A DNA stretch of 64,000 nucleotides. Origin: Eledone cirrhosa (Eukaryota). Below, piece after piece: positions 59,079 through 64,000 of this stretch. The stretch is from NCBI GenBank assembly GCA_964016885.1, contig OZ024740.1:190650001-190714000 (forward strand), given 5' to 3'. The stretch's first letter is position 1; each line of letters begins with the position of its first letter. Both the position numbers and the translations under genes were made by a program. The notes under the pieces were generated by a model that saw only the letters and a list, made by a program, of their open reading frames with translations, was not told the origin of the DNA and ran no database searches.

Positions 59079-59829
59079 TATATATATATTCAAATCTATA
59101 TATTTATGACTGTCGGTTGCCTGTCAAACTGAGGACCATTTATTTTGTGCTTCTGTCCGTCTGTATGTTTCACTCTCATTGTATTTCTCTATATATCGGA
59201 CGATTTATCTATCTTTTTATCCATCTATCGATTTATGCACCTACTGATTTGTCTAGTAATCCAGCTACACCATATTCTGGCCATCTATAGCTATCTGATT
59301 ATGCATATTTACCAATACATCTATTGTTGGACATAAAAAAAAGTATCAGCAACAACATAGTAGGATTTCCGAAAGCATCTCGAAGATAAAGAGCTTTATA
59401 CGTATGACCAAATCATCATCATTTAATAAATATAGTATTGATAATGATTAGGGAAAATCGGCAGCGTGTGGAACGATACGCTGTGGGTGATCATGAACAG
59501 GCAACAAAGGGTTCTTGTGTGGTACTTGCCGATAGCAGAATCGGGGACTTGTTCCGCAGGTCTGTAACCGTTCTCCTCTTTCGACACTGCTTAACATATT
59601 TCGTGTGCTACTCGTGACCGACGCCCTAGGAAATAATCCTGGCTCAATCAATATAGAAAGATCTATTCTCACATCCCGACGAACTACCTGGAAATGATGA
59701 TAAATTTACCGGAATGCTGAACCACTTGGACGTAACTTCTGCCACTTAAGGCATGGAGGTCAGCACCGAGATAATGAGAAATACAACAAAGTCCATAGAG
59801 AGTACAAAGTCCACAGAGAGTACAATCCT

Positions 59830-60400
59830 AATTCAGAACAGGGGAGTGTGACGCAGTTAACGTATCTTCTCGCTATCATCATTGAAGAATGTCTAAAACC
59901 AGAGAACTTTGTACGAAACGCTCTAACACATCATTTGCTAAACTGAAACCACTCTTGAGAAACGAAAACACTACTCTCAGATGCAAGATTACAATCCTGC
60001 GTGCGTTGTTAAGATACATTTTCCAATGAGCAGGCGTGTCATTGGCTTTGACAACTAAACTGAAAAGAAAGATCCAATTAGTTGAGATGAGTTGATATAG
60101 AGGAATTATGTGAATGTCACACACAGAATACATCACGAACGAGAAGTCCTGCAAATCTTACTAATGACGTAGATCACTGTGATGATCGGATGACCACAGT
60201 GAAGAGGAGGAAGTTATGGAGACATGGGCATGAGAACGGATAGCACAGGATCTCTAAGACAATTTCCGAATGAACAGTGTGAGGAAAGAGAAGACACAGG
60301 AGACAGAGGAAGTGGTAGATAGAAAATATAGCTCAATGGTCGACGTTGAATTTTGCCACAACCCAAGCATTTGCCTGTCACCGCAAATATAGAGGCAGTT
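59830..60400 (+). mobile_element. Old RTE-like LINE 3' fragment
   Basis: LKRKIQLVEM..YR, ITNE, TVKRRKL..GH, GKRRHRRQRKW.IENI..W motifs with stops. Confidence 0.72.
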
Positions 60401-62771
60401 CTTAAAGCATTTGAACCTGCAGTGTTTCAAAGCCTTCTAAAAGAGTGAAATAACAATGATGTAAAGTGACGTGAGAGTAAAACTGAATTAAATGAAATTC
60501 AATTAAATATAATACCATGGCCAGTGTCACAACAGCACGAAGATCAAGGGAAAACGAGGTTGCAAGAAACTGAAAATAAACATACCATATGTGTCTTCAT
60601 ATACACCCCATGATTACCACACTATGTTAGTGTAACTGCTATATACTCCTAGTTAGTCAATTAACACATTACTCAAATGTGTCTCCAGTAATTAATGTAT
60701 TCATATAAGCTTTTAGCTTGTTCTTTCCTTAATAAAGAGTGTATACATATGACTGATGACGGATAGAAGTCCTGAAAATTGTGCCAGGCATGCTCACTAC
60801 CTACTAAATCTGATAACTTGATGTCAACGTACAACATCTATTGCAAGTCTCTTTTCCTTATATTGTACATAAACATTCTGCATTAATGTTCCATGCCATG
60901 TACGTATTATTGTCACTAATCTAATCAGCCATGATAATACTATATGCCTAATGAACATCCCGAACAATAATTTCATATGTCGGAAATGGTATATAATCTT
61001 TTAGCTTTTTTTTCCTTCGGTACACTCTGTGTGAATGTTAGCCGCGACGGATTACAATATAAAAACACGTGTCTGACAATTTCACCGGCTACTGACATAA
61101 TATTACAATTTGAAACATACATAATGAGCTTATTTTGAAACACGAAGCGTATTATGATCAAGGAATTATTCAATAAAGTATTCATTAATACAACCCCACC
61201 TTATTTGGCTAGAACTTTGGGCGTATACGTATATGTATATATGATATGATATTGCGAAGATTCTGTTAAGATTACTATGATTTAAGGACAGGTTAATCGG
61301 GTTTAGAATATATATGTACTAATATGATTTAACTCTGTGCACATTTCTACTTTATAAATAGGATTACCTAGCGCAAATTCTCCTCCACTTTTTTTTAAAC
61401 AGTAGGGTGTGAACCTATCTTCTGATATTATTCCAATCTCCCCGTTTGTTTCCATGTTAACTTCACAATTTAGTTGTCGATCTCACTAGGTTGTAATATT
61501 CCATCTAACATAAATTACCAAGGACCCATGTCCTGCAAGTGATATTATTTGGTGTAATATGATGTGGAGTCAAAACTGAAAACATTTCTCTTCTTGCACG
61601 GAATATCTAGAATGTAATATGTTGCATTGGATCTTTCGCGGAATCCACTCTGTTGCAAACATTCGGGTATGAGGATAATCATTGTCTAGGAGGTTATGCA
61701 AGATGTAATTGCGTGATAAACTTTCTCTAAAGCTCCCAAAAGAACGAATTATTACTATTATATAACTAAACTTTGTAAGGAATTGCATGACTACTCCACT
61801 ACTGACATCTTACCTGTTAATATGCCTTGATTATATTCGTGAATGTTTTAATGTAGAGTGGGTTAGCAGGAAATGCGCGATGAAACTTGATACATTCCAT
61901 TGTTAATATTATTTTCGTCTACCACAAGAGAATTGAAAAGGAAGATATTTTGAAACGTAAAACTGCAAAATAATATATACTGACGTGCCTGGACCACGCA
62001 TTTACTTACAATTACAGTCTGGCATAAATGAGACATGTGTTTACACTGTTTATACATAGGTGTTTCATGCTTCATTCCGTATAATGATTATTAATACTCA
62101 CATTGATCTGGGTATAAAATAAAAGATAATAATTCCCTAATACTCTTAGTAGGTTATGAATCTTAGAAAATACGTAGCCAACGATATTATTTTTTAGAAG
62201 TAAATGTATTACAGGCGTTTTCGCTTCGTAATATGTTACTTTGGCATATCAAATTTTGTTTCATGATTAGAAAATACTTTCCATTAGATTGCTCTCGTTA
62301 AAAACAGCTAAACCTTTGTTGGAATAGCGATATATGGCATATCCATACTGGTATCCCATAGGATGTTAAACAATAGATGGGAAATAAATTCGGTGATATT
62401 TCAAGCCAAAATAATGTGATGACCGTAAATTAAAACCGAAATTGATGTGCTTGAAATATGAAATGAGATGTATATTAATCTATATCCTGGGTACACGAGC
62501 TTAGCTTCACTTCAACGCATCTATCATGCATTAATAGAATATTTACATTCCTCTTTTATATTGATCTGTAGCAGTACTTAACATGAACATGTGTGACGTC
62601 TCAAAGATAGTATTTAAACATGAGGAATTTTAATATTTGTGTTTATTTAATATTGTCATAAATGCTGTATTCTTCATATATGCCCATGATGTAGGTGTCT
62701 CTTGGAAGATTCATAAGTGTAAATTCAGTGTGCTTATCTGACACATATTACATATTGACAACTATTATTAA

Positions 62772-62962
62772 TCGGTGGATTGGCAGTGTCGGTAGAAAGT
62801 CGGACGCCATGCTTTGACGCATAGAGTTACGGCTCTTGTCAGTCTGTGTTCAAATCCCGCCGAGGTTAACTTTGCCTTTCATCCTTACGTAGTTGATAAA
62901 ATAAAGTGCCAGTAATGCGCTAGGTAATTGCTGGCCTTGTGCCAAAAGTAGAAACAATTATT
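62772..62962 (+). mobile_element. tRNA-derived SINE, full length
   Basis: TGGCAGTGTCGG A box, GTTCAAATCC B box, core and tail. Confidence 0.9.
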
Positions 62963-64000
62963 ATATTCTCTAATTATACTAACTGTAATAGCATACATAG
63001 TGCATTATCCTGATACAGTCACAATATAATTTATTCGAATATAAAAACAGTTTATCAATCCAATCAGTGACTTTCAAACTCAATACTTTCTCTGAATATC
63101 CGCAACGTATTTTATGATAGTTTGTATATTTCATAACTAATGTATTTGTTTTACATTCCACCTCATACACGATCTGATAGAACTACTACAATGGAAACTA
63201 TACCTGTATTCCATTTGCGTGTCTTACATCGATTTCAGCCACATCAACTCTTCTTTTAAATATTTAATTTTGTTCGAAGGAGGCTTGATCATTTCGATTG
63301 AATATGCAAATAAAATGAATAAAACAAAACAAGAATTACCTATGCATTTATACGACCTTTGCAGAATGAGAAAATCATAACACCAGCCTATTAAGTATAA
63401 GGTTGTATTAATCTGCTAGCTTCTTTTTCTTACTAATGGGATAATCTGTAGAATATATTAAGGCCTAATAATAATCCAATGAATGAATAACAAAAATGAG
63501 AAAACAACGGCTATTCAAACGGGATTACAACAGAATGAGGCTGTAATGATTAAATAATTTAAATACCATAGTGAGTAAATACCATCGTGTGCAAGTAAAT
63601 CATATATTTTTGTTGCAGGCACCATGACATATGGTCTTGGAAATATTCATTTATATATGATAACCCAATATTAATACTTTGCGTTACAGTTAGTGTAATT
63701 ATTAATTTTTGTAGTGCATTTAGTCTGAAGTGGCGTGTTTTTTGATTTTGTAATTACGCATTCATAAAAGGGCATACATACAGAGGTTTAGAATCAGACA
63801 GCATGTTTAATGGATTTAATCATGACTGTAATTGCATTAAAACGATAATGAAAAAATGATGATAGAATTCACCAGAAAACGTGTTAGAGTTTGCTGAAAA
63901 GTTACTCCCAATTTTAAAAGAAATATATATAGCGAACAAATAATTACAGGTAAAATAACAATTTAAAAATGCACTTTAAGTGAAAACTGTACAATACACA

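Noticed and set aside
60748-60790. CTGATGA-CGGAT-AGAA-GTCCT-GAAA-ATTG-TG
   Set aside because: Stem II is present but there is no stem I, position 17 is G, and no TA-flanked context

Overview
AT-rich, microsatellite-dense eukaryotic non-coding DNA with one 200-N assembly gap. The tRNA-derived SINE family and repeat landscape resemble an octopus/cephalopod genome (inference). No intact host gene is visible, and most ORF-track entries are microsatellite artefacts. Coding remnants are decayed retroelements: Penelope-like elements (PLEs; RT plus GIY-YIG) at about 17.1-20.8, 21.7-23.8, 30.1-30.7/32.4-32.8 and 47.9-50.5 kb, CRE-like elements at 41.6-43.5 and 44.7-45.1 kb, and RTE-like LINE pieces. 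The main hidden signal is that many short sequence islands between (TA)n tracts carry a minimal type-I hammerhead ribozyme (HHR) motif. By eye I find about 35 intact or decayed motifs in more than ten unrelated families. They occur as tandem arrays (7 x 466 bp, 2 x 657 bp), tandem-plus-inverted fold-backs and PLE pseudo-LTRs (pLTRs). They usually have a palindromic stem III and often show non-canonical cores (U3-A8, A4, C4, U.U closure of stem II). This looks like a (TA)n-targeted population of PLEs and non-autonomous retrozyme-like RNAs. All folds were made by eye and no cleavage activity is demonstrated.
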